A stretch of 36,088 nt of DNA. It comes from Gemmatimonadota bacterium. Lineage in GTDB: Bacteria > Gemmatimonadota > Gemmatimonadetes > Gemmatimonadales > GWC2-71-9. Below, piece after piece: positions 9,549-20,255 of this stretch. The stretch lies in the NCBI GenBank assembly GCA_039586365.1, contig JBDHKN010000049.1:1-36088 (forward strand), written 5' to 3'. The translations under genes were made by a program, and so were the position numbers. Under the pieces are notes generated by a model that was not told the DNA's origin, ran no database searches, and saw only the letters and a program-made list of their open reading frames with translations. How positions within the stretch are numbered: the first letter of the stretch is position 1; every line of letters begins with the position of its first letter.

Positions 9549-10712
9549 CTACACGTAGGCAGCACGCCGACCGCAGGGGAGCAGCGGACAGCCACCAACG
9601 CTCGCCTGCATTTGATTTCTCAATTGCGCGGCGGACCACGGGACTCGCAGGTCTTCAAGGTCTGCGCCGACCAGCTCGATGCGGTCCTCCCGGATCTGCC
9701 CCAGTCCCATTTGGTAACCCATCACGAGCTGTACCACTTCGGCCGGGTCGTGGCTCATGATCCGCGCGGCGGTCGCATCAGCAGCGACCAAGTCTGTGCT
9801 GGCGAGCAACAGCCACGAACCCAGCCGGTCCCGCATATCCACCGTACGTCCTCCGTGACCGAGGTTCGGGCCGTTACCCTCGACCCCGATCGAGAAATCA
9901 ACGATCGCGAGATCTGGCTTGATACCTTGCACGATGTCGAGATAGATCGCGGCGATCGCCCGCGGGCTGCTGTGATCCAATACGACTCCACGATCCATGA
10001 TCCCGTTGGGCACATCGCCATAACGCTCGAGCGGCGTGATGCCGATGAAGTTCTTGAGTGACAGCGTGAGCTGCGCCCAGGAGTGAGTCTTGGCTACGGG
10101 AATGGAGATCACGCGGTCCGCATCAGCGACTATGCTCGAGACCGCGATCGTGCCGAGATACGTATCGGAGGGAACGTCCACCCACTCGGGCGAATCGACC
10201 TCGAGCGAGGCGACCCTCACCGTCCGGCCGAATGCGGAACTGAGCCGTTGCGCCTCGCTGCTCAGGTTGGTAGAGCCATCCAGCGTTTTCGCCTGCGCCC
10301 AATCCAGCGTCGGCTGGTGGGATCCGTCGCCGATGACGACCTCTGCAGCTCCTGCCTCGAGACACTGTTCAGCCACGGCTATGATGACCTCTGGCTTGGT
10401 GCATTCACCCACCGCGAAAACATTACTCTGCCCCGCCAACGGCAGGGTGACCATGTTTGGCTTGATGAATACGGTCTCGCCCTCGTGCACGACCGTCTGG
10501 ATGCCGCCGAGCCCGTCCAGGACGTCGCGAGTCATCGTCTGCAGATCGGTACCCCTGACTGCCGCCACCTGTGCAGTCGGCCCGGATGGCCCGGTTGAAT
10601 CGCCGCACGCACCCGTCACTGCACTCGCTGCCGCCAACGCGGTGACGCGCACGAACTCCCGGCGACTGATCTCTGCACTCCTGTCCGGTTGATCCTTCAC
10701 TCGATCGGTCAT
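9549..10712 (-). CDS. DUF362 domain protein with Tat (lipo)protein signal
   Basis: SRREFV twin-arginine motif, VTGAC lipobox, VFIKPN, PVAKTH, TLSLKNFIG, DLVAADA. Confidence 0.87.
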   Translation of the reverse strand: MTDRVKDQPDRSAEISRREFVRVTALAAASAVTGACGDSTGPSGPTAQVAAVRGTDLQTMTRDVLDGLGGIQTVVHEGETVFIKPNMVTLPLAGQSNVFAVGECTKPEVIIAVAEQCLEAGAAEVVIGDGSHQPTLDWAQAKTLDGSTNLSSEAQRLSSAFGRTVRVASLEVDSPEWVDVPSDTYLGTIAVSSIVADADRVISIPVAKTHSWAQLTLSLKNFIGITPLERYGDVPNGIMDRGVVLDHSSPRAIAAIYLDIVQGIKPDLAIVDFSIGVEGNGPNLGHGGRTVDMRDRLGSWLLLASTDLVAADATAARIMSHDPAEVVQLVMGYQMGLGQIREDRIELVGADLEDLRVPWSAAQLRNQMQASVGGCPLLPCGRRAAYV

Positions 10713-10960
10713 CGCGGCCTCCGCATCGACTTGCGGTTTGCTCATATTGAATGCAGCGTGGTCCCAAGAAATCCTACCCCGCTGGTATTCTGATGAGCCG
10801 CGAGGCCCGGATTCGCCACTGCGTAAGTCACAGACGATCATCAATACCACGTAGCTGACTCCCCACCACTACCAATGGCCCCCTTGTCACATCGCCGCTT
10901 CGCGTCTACATACCTGACGCGTGGAAGCGTGGCTGCATCAGAGGTGAAGAGGAATCACAC

Positions 10961-12589
10961 ATGCCATCGTGCGCACAAGTCATGGCTCGTACGCTGTCCG
11001 ACCTGGGCGTGAGACGTATGTTCGGCTTCCCCGGTGGGGAGATCCTGGACTTCGTCGAAGCCTCCCGGGCAGTCGGCATTGAATTCGTGCTGACCCGAGA
11101 CGAGGCCACCGCTGCCTTCATGGCCGACGCGACGGGGCAGCTGCAACGCCGGCCAAGTGTCTGCGTGTCGACGCTCGGTCCAGGCGCGCTCAACATGGCG
11201 TTGGGCGTTGCCAATGCCTACCTCGATCGCTCACCCGTAATCGCCATAACCGCAGCGGTGTCGGCCTCCGCAAGCCCCTACGTGACTCATCAGAACTTGG
11301 ACCTGAACGCCATCTATCGACCGTTCACCAAGTTGTCGCTGACGTTGGATGGGGAGGATACCGCCCAAGTCGTGAGCCACGCCTACAGTCTGGCCATGGA
11401 GCAGCGTGCGGGACCGATCCATATCGCTCTGCCCAGCGATATCGGGCGGTCACCCGATCGCCAGACGCAAGGCGGGACCGGGATTCGGCTTGACACACAG
11501 GCAGCTACGGCGGCGCCGGACGGGCAAGTAGAGCGCATCGCTACCGCGATCCGCAACGCACAACGACCCCTGATCATCTTGGGTTTCGACCTCGATCCCG
11601 AGAACCACTGCGCCACTGTCCGCCGATTCGTTGACCAGCTCGGCGCGCCAGTCTGCGTTACGCCCAAGGCAAAGGGCATGCTCCCGGAGGATCACCCCCT
11701 GTTCTTCGGCGTGTGCGCTGGGGTGGCGGCCGACAACATCGTAGTCGACTTCATGGGTCGTGCGGATCTCCTAATCGGGGTCGGATTCGATCCGGTGGAA
11801 TCCAACAAGCTGTGGCACCAGACCATGCAGTTGATCTCCCTGAGTCCGTGCTCGATTGCGGCCGGGGCATATCGACCCGCCTTGGAGTGCGTGGGTGACA
11901 TCAACGAACTCCTACCGGCGCTCAGTGAAATGGATTTGGGTTCCTGCGATTGGTCGGTGGCTGAGCTCAACAGGTTCCGCGAGCTGTTCGGCGCCGCATT
12001 GCGACCGGCTCAACGGCCACGGGGAGGGCTCTCGCCCTGCGAGGTTACGCGGCGGTTGCGCGAGCTACTCCCGCGCGACGCTATCCACGTGACCGACGTG
12101 GGATCGGTCAAATTCGTGACGTCGCAGTGCTGGCAGACGTACGAGCCCCAGACGTTTCTGCTGTCCAACGGGCTGTCGTCGATGAGCTATGCTGTTCCTG
12201 GAGCAATGGCCGCCAAGCTCCTGTTCCCAGACCGAGCTGTGCTGTGCACGATCGGGGACGGTGGATTCGGCATGACCCTGTGCGAACTAGAGACCTGCGT
12301 GAGAGAGGGGATTCACATCGTAACCGTGGTATACAACGACAGCAGCCTGAGCTTGATCAGGATCGCGCAGGAATACAGAGGACATGCAAACTGCGGTGTC
12401 GATTTCGGCAAGGTCGATTTCGCCACGGCGGCGGAAGCGCATGGCGCATGGGGCGTGCGTATCGAGACCATGGACGACCTCGACCGCGCAGTCGCCGCGG
12501 CAGTGCAGATGCGCCGTCCGGCGGTGCTCGACGTCTCCATCGATCCCACCGAGTATCGTGCCCACGCTGCGCCGGATTACAGCAAGTAG
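10961..12589 (+). CDS. Thiamine pyrophosphate-dependent enzyme (acetolactate synthase large subunit-like)
   Basis: FGFPG, TRDE catalytic Glu, TLGPGALN, GDGG...YND TPP motif. Confidence 0.92.
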   Translation: MPSCAQVMARTLSDLGVRRMFGFPGGEILDFVEASRAVGIEFVLTRDEATAAFMADATGQLQRRPSVCVSTLGPGALNMALGVANAYLDRSPVIAITAAVSASASPYVTHQNLDLNAIYRPFTKLSLTLDGEDTAQVVSHAYSLAMEQRAGPIHIALPSDIGRSPDRQTQGGTGIRLDTQAATAAPDGQVERIATAIRNAQRPLIILGFDLDPENHCATVRRFVDQLGAPVCVTPKAKGMLPEDHPLFFGVCAGVAADNIVVDFMGRADLLIGVGFDPVESNKLWHQTMQLISLSPCSIAAGAYRPALECVGDINELLPALSEMDLGSCDWSVAELNRFRELFGAALRPAQRPRGGLSPCEVTRRLRELLPRDAIHVTDVGSVKFVTSQCWQTYEPQTFLLSNGLSSMSYAVPGAMAAKLLFPDRAVLCTIGDGGFGMTLCELETCVREGIHIVTVVYNDSSLSLIRIAQEYRGHANCGVDFGKVDFATAAEAHGAWGVRIETMDDLDRAVAAAVQMRRPAVLDVSIDPTEYRAHAAPDYSK

Positions 12590-12717
12590 CTCTCAAGCGC
12601 CGCGGCGCTGAAAGTGCCGCCAAGCAGCGTCACGGCGGCCCAACCCCAGCTGCTTGACATGTGCGCGACGGCCACCCACTCTAGCGGTGTCGCCAAGCCA
12701 GACTCCGGAGGAGTAAC

Positions 12718-13587
12718 ATGGATCAGAGAGTGAACCAGCAGATGATCGATCTGTATGACAAGTTCACCCACGGGGACTTGAACAGGCGGGATTTCCTCGA
12801 CCGGCTGGCCCGACTACTGGGCAGTTCCTCGGCTGCGATGGCCGTCCTGCCGTTCCTCCAGAATGACTACACCAGGCAGATCGTGTCACAACAAGACGAC
12901 CGCCTGGATATCTCCCAGGCCGAGTGGGACGCCGATGGCACCACGATGAGCGGCTACCTGGCGAGGCTCAAAGGCGGTGAGAAGCGCCCGGGTGTAATCG
13001 TGATCCACGAGAATCGTGGGCTCAACCCTCACATCCGGGACGTGGCCCGGCGCATGGCACTGGAGGGATTCTTGGCGGTGGCACCCGATATCCTATCACC
13101 CCAAGGGGGCACGCCTGAGGACGAAAGCCGGGCACGAGAGATGATGGGTGGACTGAACGCCGCCGAAACCCTGGTTCGGCTCTCAGCCGCAGTGCCGTTC
13201 CTGGCTGGCCACCCGGAGTCGACCGGGAAGGTCGGGGCGGTTGGCTTTTGCTGGGGCGGTGGGTACGCCAACCAGCTGGCCGCCGCTGGAACATCACTCA
13301 ACGCGAGTGTCCCCTACTACGGCCGGCAGATTCCTGCCGAGCAGGTACCGAACATCACAGCGGCACTGTGTCTCCATTATGCTGGACTCGACGAGCGGAT
13401 CAACGCCGGCATTGCAGATTACGAGGCAGCGCTCAAGGCCAACAACAAGACATACGAGCTGTACATGTACGAAGGGGCGCAACACGCCTTCAACAACGAC
13501 ACCAATGAGGCGCGCTACAACAAGGAGGCGGCCGACCTGGCCTGGAGCAGGACGATCGCTTTCCTGAAGAGACACCTCACTTCTTGA
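12718..13587 (+). CDS. Dienelactone hydrolase family protein (YghX-like)
   Basis: LYDKFTHG..NRRDFL N-terminus, VIHENRGLNPHI, GFCWGG nucleophile, HAFNND; GGAGGA RBS. Confidence 0.93.
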   Translation: MDQRVNQQMIDLYDKFTHGDLNRRDFLDRLARLLGSSSAAMAVLPFLQNDYTRQIVSQQDDRLDISQAEWDADGTTMSGYLARLKGGEKRPGVIVIHENRGLNPHIRDVARRMALEGFLAVAPDILSPQGGTPEDESRAREMMGGLNAAETLVRLSAAVPFLAGHPESTGKVGAVGFCWGGGYANQLAAAGTSLNASVPYYGRQIPAEQVPNITAALCLHYAGLDERINAGIADYEAALKANNKTYELYMYEGAQHAFNNDTNEARYNKEAADLAWSRTIAFLKRHLTS

Positions 13588-13609
13588 GATCGTTCAACAG
13601 AGTCACATG

Positions 13610-13636
13610 AGGGCCGCGCACGGACGCGGCCCTTCT
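13610..13636 (+). terminator. Hairpin terminator after dienelactone hydrolase
   Basis: AGGGCCGCG-cacgga-CGCGGCCCT followed by TCT. Confidence 0.6.
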
Positions 13637-13829
13637 CGTGACGACCCGGAATGCTCAGAGCACAGTGTGGACTCGATATCTATCGAGTATCTATTGAGCG
13701 CTGCGGAGGGGACCAGCTGCGCACGTAGCACGCTGGTCACCCACCGACACGCTACGCAAACGAACTGAGTTGACTGACGCCGCGCAATCCGCAGAGCACT
13801 TGGTCCCGCGCACATTGGCTGTGAAGCAA

Positions 13830-15113
13830 CTAGCGAAGCTTTCCCATGCAACACTTCTTGTACTTCAGCCCGCTGCCACAGGGACATGGATCGTTACGAC
13901 GGGTTGGAAGGGCTTCTCGCAGGTACTCACCCCGTGCCGCCGCCATGAGCTGCTCGTCGGTCGCGCCGGCCTGCCACAGCGGCACCAGCTGCTCGAAGGT
14001 CGAGCGACTGTGGCGAAAGAACTTCTGGAACCCCGCACAGAGGTAATTCAGCCCTTCCTCCCCGTCCCGTGCTCGGATGAACCGGTCCTTGGGACACCCG
14101 CCATTGCACATCGCCCGAACGTCACACTGCAGACAGTAGCGCGGCAGTGAATCTCGCTTGTTGTTCCCGAACTGCACTTGTGCAGGACTCACCAGCAACT
14201 CGGCAAGGCAGGCCTCGGTGAGGTTACCGAGCAGGTGTTGCTCGTCGACGAAGTGATCGCACGAATAGAGATCACCGTTGTGCTCCAGCACCGGGACATC
14301 ACCACACGTCTCGCGGAAGATGCAGAGTGAATGATCCAAACCCCTGGTCGGCCGAGCCGCCTCGTCGAATATCTGCACCATGATGCGACCGATATCGTGC
14401 CGTACCCACTCATCGAAGATGGTGCAGAGAAACGAGCCAAAAGCCGCGGCCGGGATTGTGTGTTCTCCAACTCCCCCGGGCAGATCGTCCCTCCGCTCCA
14501 CCAGTGGTAAGAACCCTAGGTATGTCGCACCTATCTCTTTGAAGAACCGGTACACCTCTTTCGGGTAGCCGACGTTCCTATCGTGCACCACACAGAGGAT
14601 GTCGCAGGGCACCCGGTCTCGCTGGAGCAGCCGCCAGCCACGCATCACCTCGTCGTGTGTCGGCTTCGAACCTTTGGTCAAGCGATACGCATCGTGCAGC
14701 TCCCTAGGGCCATCCACGCTAAGCCCGACAGCGAAATCTTCCGCCGCGAGAAAGTGGCACCATTCTTGGTCGAGTAGGGTGCCGTTGGTAACCATGCCGT
14801 TCGCGATCCGCATTCCGGGAGGTGCATGCTTGCTCTGGAGAGAGACGATCTTGCGGAAGTAGTCCACGCCGAGGCTGGTCGGTTCCCCACCGTGCCAGGA
14901 GAAACGAATCACCGGACCGCGCGACGCCGCAATGTGCTGAGTGATGTACCGCTCCAGCAGCTTGTCGCTCATTCGGAAGGACCCTACATCCGGATAGAGG
15001 CGCTCCTTCTCCAAGTAGTAGCAATAGTCGCAAGCGAGGTTACAGATGGCTCCGCCTGGCTTCGCAAAGACCTGAAACTCCTTCCGATCCGTTGCTCTTG
15101 CCGAACCTGTCAT
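13830..15113 (-). CDS. Anaerobic sulfatase maturase (radical SAM/SPASM) with C-terminal SEC-C motif
   Basis: CNLACDYCYY, WHGGEP, SPASM cysteines (CIFRETC, YSCDHFV, CLQC..CNGGCPK, YLC), RNDPCPCGSGLKYKKCC. Confidence 0.94.
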   Translation of the reverse strand: MTGSARATDRKEFQVFAKPGGAICNLACDYCYYLEKERLYPDVGSFRMSDKLLERYITQHIAASRGPVIRFSWHGGEPTSLGVDYFRKIVSLQSKHAPPGMRIANGMVTNGTLLDQEWCHFLAAEDFAVGLSVDGPRELHDAYRLTKGSKPTHDEVMRGWRLLQRDRVPCDILCVVHDRNVGYPKEVYRFFKEIGATYLGFLPLVERRDDLPGGVGEHTIPAAAFGSFLCTIFDEWVRHDIGRIMVQIFDEAARPTRGLDHSLCIFRETCGDVPVLEHNGDLYSCDHFVDEQHLLGNLTEACLAELLVSPAQVQFGNNKRDSLPRYCLQCDVRAMCNGGCPKDRFIRARDGEEGLNYLCAGFQKFFRHSRSTFEQLVPLWQAGATDEQLMAAARGEYLREALPTRRNDPCPCGSGLKYKKCCMGKLR

Positions 15114-15160
15114 GCGCGAAGATCCCGTCGCGGCCGGCGCCCTGGTCTCGACCCCACCTC

Positions 15161-16705
15161 CTACGGCACAGGACGCACGGTTGCGCTGGCCGCAGCCGCC
15201 AGTATATCGACCGCGCGAAACACGTGACCCAATTGAACGTTCTCATTCCGCGCATGCTGGTTGTTGTCATGATTGACGGTGGGAATGACTACAAACGGTG
15301 CACCGAGGATTTCGGTGTAGACGTACGCGGGGCCTGATCCACCCATCGTAGGGCTCACTACCGGTAAGCCCAGGCCCGCGCCCTCCAGCGCAGCGACGAG
15401 TCCTTGCGCCGCCGGTGAAGACAGGGGTGTACGACCCGCTGGATACCCACCGCCCACTTCGAGCCTGACGAGACGCGCCGTGTTCACGCGAGTCGCTGAG
15501 TCGGGCTCTGCCCTCACGACGGTGTACCCTTGCCTTTCTATGTGACGCGCGAGCTTCTCCACCTGACGGTCGGGCTGGTTCCCAGCAACGAGGCGGAGGT
15601 CCAACTCCGCGATCGCGACATCCGGAATGGCCGTGCGCGCCTGCGCACCAACGAACAGGCTCCTCATTCCGCGGACGTTCAGCGATGGTCGGGCAACCAG
15701 GGCGAGCCGCTTCTCACCCTCTCCATCGATCGAACCTATTTGTAGCTGCTCGCGACGGATATCGTCATCGTGCGGATATCGTGCCAGTGCCGCGCGCTCC
15801 GCCTCCCCAAGCGGCACCATATCATCCTCCCATCCTTCCACCAATATCACTCCGTCCGCACCCTTCATAGTGGCGAGAAGCTGCGCCAACCGCATGGCGG
15901 GGTTGGGCACCCAGTTTCCGTAGTGACCCGAATGCAACGGCACGATCGGCCCGTACAGAGTGAGCCTCACGCTCGCCATGCCCCGCAGCCCGAAGTCGGC
16001 CGTGGGACGGCCTGAGGGATGGATCGGGCCGTCGGCCATTACTACCAGGTCAGCCGTTAGCAGGTTACGATACTCGCTGACCAGCTCGTCCAGATGCGGC
16101 GATCCTGCCTCTTCTTCCCCCTCGAACAGGAACTTGAGTCGATTCGGTAACGCTATCCCAGCCTCACTCCACGCGTCGAGCACGTGCAGCAGCGCCACGA
16201 TGGGAGACTTGTCATCGCTAGCAGACCTGGCGTACATCCGCCAAGCGGGATCGACCGAATCACCAGCAGCCGGCCACTCAGTCAGCACCTGCCCTCCGGC
16301 TTCGATAGACTCGCTGCGGAGTACAGCCGTCCAGGGCGATTCCTGCTCCCACTCGTCGGGATCTGCCGGTTGACCGTCGTAGTGACAATAGAAGAGAACG
16401 GTTGGAAGTCTTGGATCACCGATCTCTCCATATACAACCGGTGGGCCTCCACCCTCTAGCACCCGCGTGCTGATACCTCGACGTTCCATCATTTCGACCA
16501 GTGCGGCGGCATTGAGTCGGATGTTGGCCGAATCAGAGGCGACATTCGGGATGGCCAAGAAGTCCCGCAACTCGGCAACGATCTCAGCACGATGCTGCGC
16601 CACATACTCGCGAGCCACCAGCACGGGATGCTGAGCGTCAGCGGCTCCCGTGACCGCAGCCAACTGCATCGCTGCTGCCAGTGTGGTGATGTCTCGGCAC
16701 TTCAT
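15161..16705 (-). CDS. Secreted M20/M25/M40 family metallopeptidase
   Basis: Signal peptide, HYDGQP, RSASDDKS, EGEEEAGS, HSGHYG, NQHARNEN. Confidence 0.92.
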   Translation of the reverse strand: MKCRDITTLAAAMQLAAVTGAADAQHPVLVAREYVAQHRAEIVAELRDFLAIPNVASDSANIRLNAAALVEMMERRGISTRVLEGGGPPVVYGEIGDPRLPTVLFYCHYDGQPADPDEWEQESPWTAVLRSESIEAGGQVLTEWPAAGDSVDPAWRMYARSASDDKSPIVALLHVLDAWSEAGIALPNRLKFLFEGEEEAGSPHLDELVSEYRNLLTADLVVMADGPIHPSGRPTADFGLRGMASVRLTLYGPIVPLHSGHYGNWVPNPAMRLAQLLATMKGADGVILVEGWEDDMVPLGEAERAALARYPHDDDIRREQLQIGSIDGEGEKRLALVARPSLNVRGMRSLFVGAQARTAIPDVAIAELDLRLVAGNQPDRQVEKLARHIERQGYTVVRAEPDSATRVNTARLVRLEVGGGYPAGRTPLSSPAAQGLVAALEGAGLGLPVVSPTMGGSGPAYVYTEILGAPFVVIPTVNHDNNQHARNENVQLGHVFRAVDILAAAASATVRPVP

Positions 16706-16870
16706 TGGGTTTGTCCTGACAGAACCGGGCTCAACTTGTCCCCTGACCTGTGCGACCGCAACCGGGGACCCTCACAACCGTTTGATGCCGACGTACCGCC
16801 CTTCTCTTCGGCATGCCGCCTCACCATCTCGGCGCCCACACGAACAGCATGCTCCGACGATCCACAACCC

Positions 16871-18103
16871 TCAGCGCCCGGGTGGGGCAGGGCTCGATCC
16901 GTACTCCTTCCAGACCTCCGAGAGTGGGCGCACGTCGACCCGCGCTTCCGCCAGCAACTCGACAGTGCGCGTGAACTTCTCCAGCGGGTACTCCGTGTCG
17001 CGCTGCGGCACCGCCACCAGGAAGTGAAACATCAAGATCAGCCACTCGCCGGTGCTGTCGGCACGCTGGGCCGCCGCGAGGATTTCCTCAGGCTCGGTCG
17101 TCGAGAGCACGTTCATGGCGCGCAGCCGGTACGGGTCCCCGGGCGGCAGCGTCTCTGGCCCGCCCGACGCCAGCCGGGCCGTCGTGAAGTAGCGCCGCAC
17201 CAGCGGAAGCACGGTCCGCGTCTCGTACTTGCCGAGCGGGTACGCTAGGTGCTCGGCGGCCGCAAAGCCCTCGTGGTCAAGGAATCCGCGGGTCTCCCAG
17301 ATCACCCAATGGAGGTCGTCGGCTTGGAAGCCAGTGAAGGGATCTTGGTGGTGAGCCGCCACGTCCCACCCGTAGCGGTCGTGCAGCGCATGCACCTCCT
17401 CGAGCTTCATATAGCCGGGCTCGCCCACCCGGTCCGGCGTCACATAGGCCGTGCCCCGTAATCCGTGCTCCGCCATCAGCTTGGCCGCCACGGAGTAGTG
17501 CTCGTCGTAGCCGTCGTCGAAGGTCAGGGTAACCACGCCCCGCGTCGCGTCGACGGCGGCAAGCTCGCTCCAGTCGGCACGCACGGGCGTCGGCGACTCG
17601 GTTGATCCGTTGTCGGCCACGAGCCACACGATCTCCCGGATCGCCCCGAGGTCCGGGGTTCCCACGCGGCGCGCGGCGCCAGGGCTCAGCGTCACCGTGC
17701 TCCACTCGCCGTCCTGCAATAAGTTGGCTTCCTCGTCTTCGAAGAGCGGGATCGCCAGCACGAACGCCTGCGTGCGGTCTGCATCCGAGAAGAGATGGAA
17801 CTCCAGGCCCGACAGTCGCATCACGTCGTCGACCCGAACGCGAACCTTGAGGAAGCGCTTCGTGAAGTCTAGGGGTGGGTCGTAAGGGCGGCTGTTCACA
17901 ACTACGACCGGTGTGCCGTCACCGGGCGTCGTGCAGCTCAGGTGCGGTGGGTCTCCAGAGCCCGGCGCAACGATGCCACCGGACGAGACGCGGGTGAATC
18001 CGTCCGACGAGTCGAAGGACGCGAGCGGCCGCTCGCGCGCCCGCTCACTGCACCCCGACAGCAGAATCAGCGCCAGCCAAACCCCGACCGTCCATCTCGA
18101 CAT
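16871..18103 (-). CDS. Polysaccharide deacetylase (CE4/NodB-like) lipoprotein with N-terminal carbohydrate-binding-like domain
   Basis: Lipobox LSGC, TFDDG, AYPLG, LMFH; GGAGG RBS. Confidence 0.85.
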   Translation of the reverse strand: MSRWTVGVWLALILLSGCSERARERPLASFDSSDGFTRVSSGGIVAPGSGDPPHLSCTTPGDGTPVVVVNSRPYDPPLDFTKRFLKVRVRVDDVMRLSGLEFHLFSDADRTQAFVLAIPLFEDEEANLLQDGEWSTVTLSPGAARRVGTPDLGAIREIVWLVADNGSTESPTPVRADWSELAAVDATRGVVTLTFDDGYDEHYSVAAKLMAEHGLRGTAYVTPDRVGEPGYMKLEEVHALHDRYGWDVAAHHQDPFTGFQADDLHWVIWETRGFLDHEGFAAAEHLAYPLGKYETRTVLPLVRRYFTTARLASGGPETLPPGDPYRLRAMNVLSTTEPEEILAAAQRADSTGEWLILMFHFLVAVPQRDTEYPLEKFTRTVELLAEARVDVRPLSEVWKEYGSSPAPPGR

Positions 18104-18431
18104 CGTCGCTCGCCCTCCTCCCTCAGGCGCTGACCGGATCGTTTGCCACGCTCAACTTGCCTCCTGACCTGTGAGACCGCAACCACGATTCTTGACGGTC
18201 GTTTGACGTCGCTGCATATGATGAGGGAAACTGGCATTTTGACGCCGCGCGGGAGACGGAAGCGTATGCCTGGTGGTCTCTCGCCATGGCCCCGGCCCGA
18301 GCGGGTGTAGCAGGTTGCTGGAGCGTTCCACTGTCACCCGGGTTGATTCTCGGGTCGAACCGTCCGTATATCGGCTGGACGACAGCGTGGAGATCGAGGT
18401 GCGGCTGATCGATGGCGGTACGATGCCGGAG

Positions 18432-18887
18432 TCAGTTGCCGAGGATGCGTGCGATTTCTCTTGCGCGGAAATCGAAGATCGCTTCCAGCTGCTGCCGGAT
18501 CATCACATCGTGGGCGATCCGACCCAGCCACCATAACGGCAACTCATACTCGACGCGATCTGTCATCTCTACGCCCCGGGGTACCTGTTTGAACTCGTGG
18601 GTGTGATACCACGATTTGTAGGGCCCTCTCAGCATCTCGTCTGCAAACATGACACCCTTCTCGTACTTGGCTATCAGGGACTCCCAGCGCATCGGTAGAC
18701 CGAGCCACCGAATCGTGTAGCGGATTCTCGTGCCCTGTTCAATGGTTTCGTTGGTCGCGGATTTCACCCTGAAGCTGAGCCAAGGCGGCGTGATGTCCTT
18801 CAGATTGTGAGGGTTCTCGAAGAACCTGAACACCTTCGCAGGTCCGCTCTCGATCAACTGAGTCCGCTCTAGCAGGTATTTGGGCAT
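18432..18887 (-). CDS. SRPBCC family ligand-binding protein
   Basis: VFRFFENPHNLKDITPPWL, FADEMLRGPYKSWYHTHEF, MTDRVEY, IFDFR. Confidence 0.9.
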   Translation of the reverse strand: MPKYLLERTQLIESGPAKVFRFFENPHNLKDITPPWLSFRVKSATNETIEQGTRIRYTIRWLGLPMRWESLIAKYEKGVMFADEMLRGPYKSWYHTHEFKQVPRGVEMTDRVEYELPLWWLGRIAHDVMIRQQLEAIFDFRAREIARILGN

Positions 18888-18950
18888 GCGTGAAATGAAT
18901 TGGCCGGGCACCGGAGCAGGTCCAGGACCCGGCCAATTGTGAGTTGCAGG

Positions 18951-20255
18951 TTAATTGGTCTCGGGCAGCAACACAGCGTCGATCACGTGGATCACACCGT
19001 TCTTGGTGATGATGTCAGCAACCGTGACGTTGGCGTTGTCGATCTTGACGCCGTCAGAGAGATCGACCGTTATGCTCTGGCCCTGAAGAGTCTCGGCCGT
19101 CGCGCCGTCCGTGAGGTTGCCGGAGAAGATCTGACCGGACACCACGTGGTACAGCAGCACGTCCGTTAGCCCGTTCGCGTCGGCCAGCAGGCCATCCAGA
19201 GCACCCTCTGGCAAAGCCGCAAAAGCCTCCTCAGTTGGCGCAAACACGGTAAATGGGCCCTCGGCCTTGAGCGCGTCGACCAGGTTCGCTGCGGTCAGCG
19301 CCGTCGCGAGGGTGTTGAAGCCAGCCGCGACCGCCGTCTCCACGATGTCTCCCGTTGGAGGCAAGAGCACCTCGTCGATCACGTGAATAACGCCGTTTGT
19401 GGTAAGGATGTCGGTGGCCGTGATGTCTGCCGAGTTGACCTTGGCACCGTCCGAGAGGTCGAACAGGACTGGGAAACCCGCCAGCGTCTCGGTGGACACT
19501 ACGCCATCCAAGTCACGAGCGAAGACCCTACCGTCGACCACATGATAGAGTAGCACCTCGGCGAGCGCCGCCGGGTCGGCCAGCAGTGCATCGAGGGTGC
19601 CTGCGGGCAGAGCAGCGAACGCCTCGTCGGTTGGTGCAAACACCGTGAACGGTCCGTCTGCCTGGAGCGCCGCGATCAGGCCTGCGGCTTCTACAGCAGC
19701 CGCCAATGTAGAGAAGCCGGCGGTCGCCACAGCGGTTTCAACGATGTCCAGCTCGGGCGGCAACAGCACTTGATCGATGACGTGAATGATCCCGTTATCA
19801 GCCTGGATATCACCTTGCTGCACCGTGACACCGTTCACCACGACGCTGCCCTGGGTCACCACGAGCGGCTGACCCTGAAGCGTCTCGATCGAGCTCAATC
19901 CTTCGAGCTGCGCGGCGGTGAACTCACCGTCCACGACGTGGTAGAGCAGCACCTGCGTCAGCGCGTCAGTGTCGGCCAGTAGAGCATCCAGCGCTCCGGC
20001 CGGAAGCGCGTCGAACGCTGCATCGGTGGGAGCGAACACGGTGAACGGCCCACCAGTCGTAAGGGTCGCGGTCAAGCCGGCGGCCTCAACGGCGGTGATC
20101 AGGGTGGAGAACTGACCGGCAGCGCTCGCGGTGCCGACTATGCTGTTGTCCGCCTCCACGATCGGGTCGTCGTCATCGCACGCTGTCGCCGTCAGCGCTA
20201 ACCCCAGTATGGCGAGCGCAGCCAGAGTGTTCCTGCGTGATTTAACTTGTTGCAT
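18951..20255 (-). CDS. Fasciclin (FAS1) lipoprotein with three FAS1 domains
   Basis: Lipobox ATAC; three copies of [13 protein letters not shown] and NG(I/V)IHVID.VLLP; GAGGAG RBS. Confidence 0.95.
   Translation of the reverse strand: MQQVKSRRNTLAALAILGLALTATACDDDDPIVEADNSIVGTASAAGQFSTLITAVEAAGLTATLTTGGPFTVFAPTDAAFDALPAGALDALLADTDALTQVLLYHVVDGEFTAAQLEGLSSIETLQGQPLVVTQGSVVVNGVTVQQGDIQADNGIIHVIDQVLLPPELDIVETAVATAGFSTLAAAVEAAGLIAALQADGPFTVFAPTDEAFAALPAGTLDALLADPAALAEVLLYHVVDGRVFARDLDGVVSTETLAGFPVLFDLSDGAKVNSADITATDILTTNGVIHVIDEVLLPPTGDIVETAVAAGFNTLATALTAANLVDALKAEGPFTVFAPTEEAFAALPEGALDGLLADANGLTDVLLYHVVSGQIFSGNLTDGATAETLQGQSITVDLSDGVKIDNANVTVADIITKNGVIHVIDAVLLPETN

Noticed and set aside
15030..15050. 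Radical SAM/SPASM enzyme as a RiPP maturase
   Set aside because: Motifs match anaerobic sulfatase maturases with SEC-C; no credible precursor peptide or RRE partner adjacent
18951..20255. Nucleotide-level repeats in the fasciclin gene as a mobile or diversity-generating repeat
   Set aside because: Fully explained by three FAS1 domain copies; no reverse transcriptase or template/variable pattern seen
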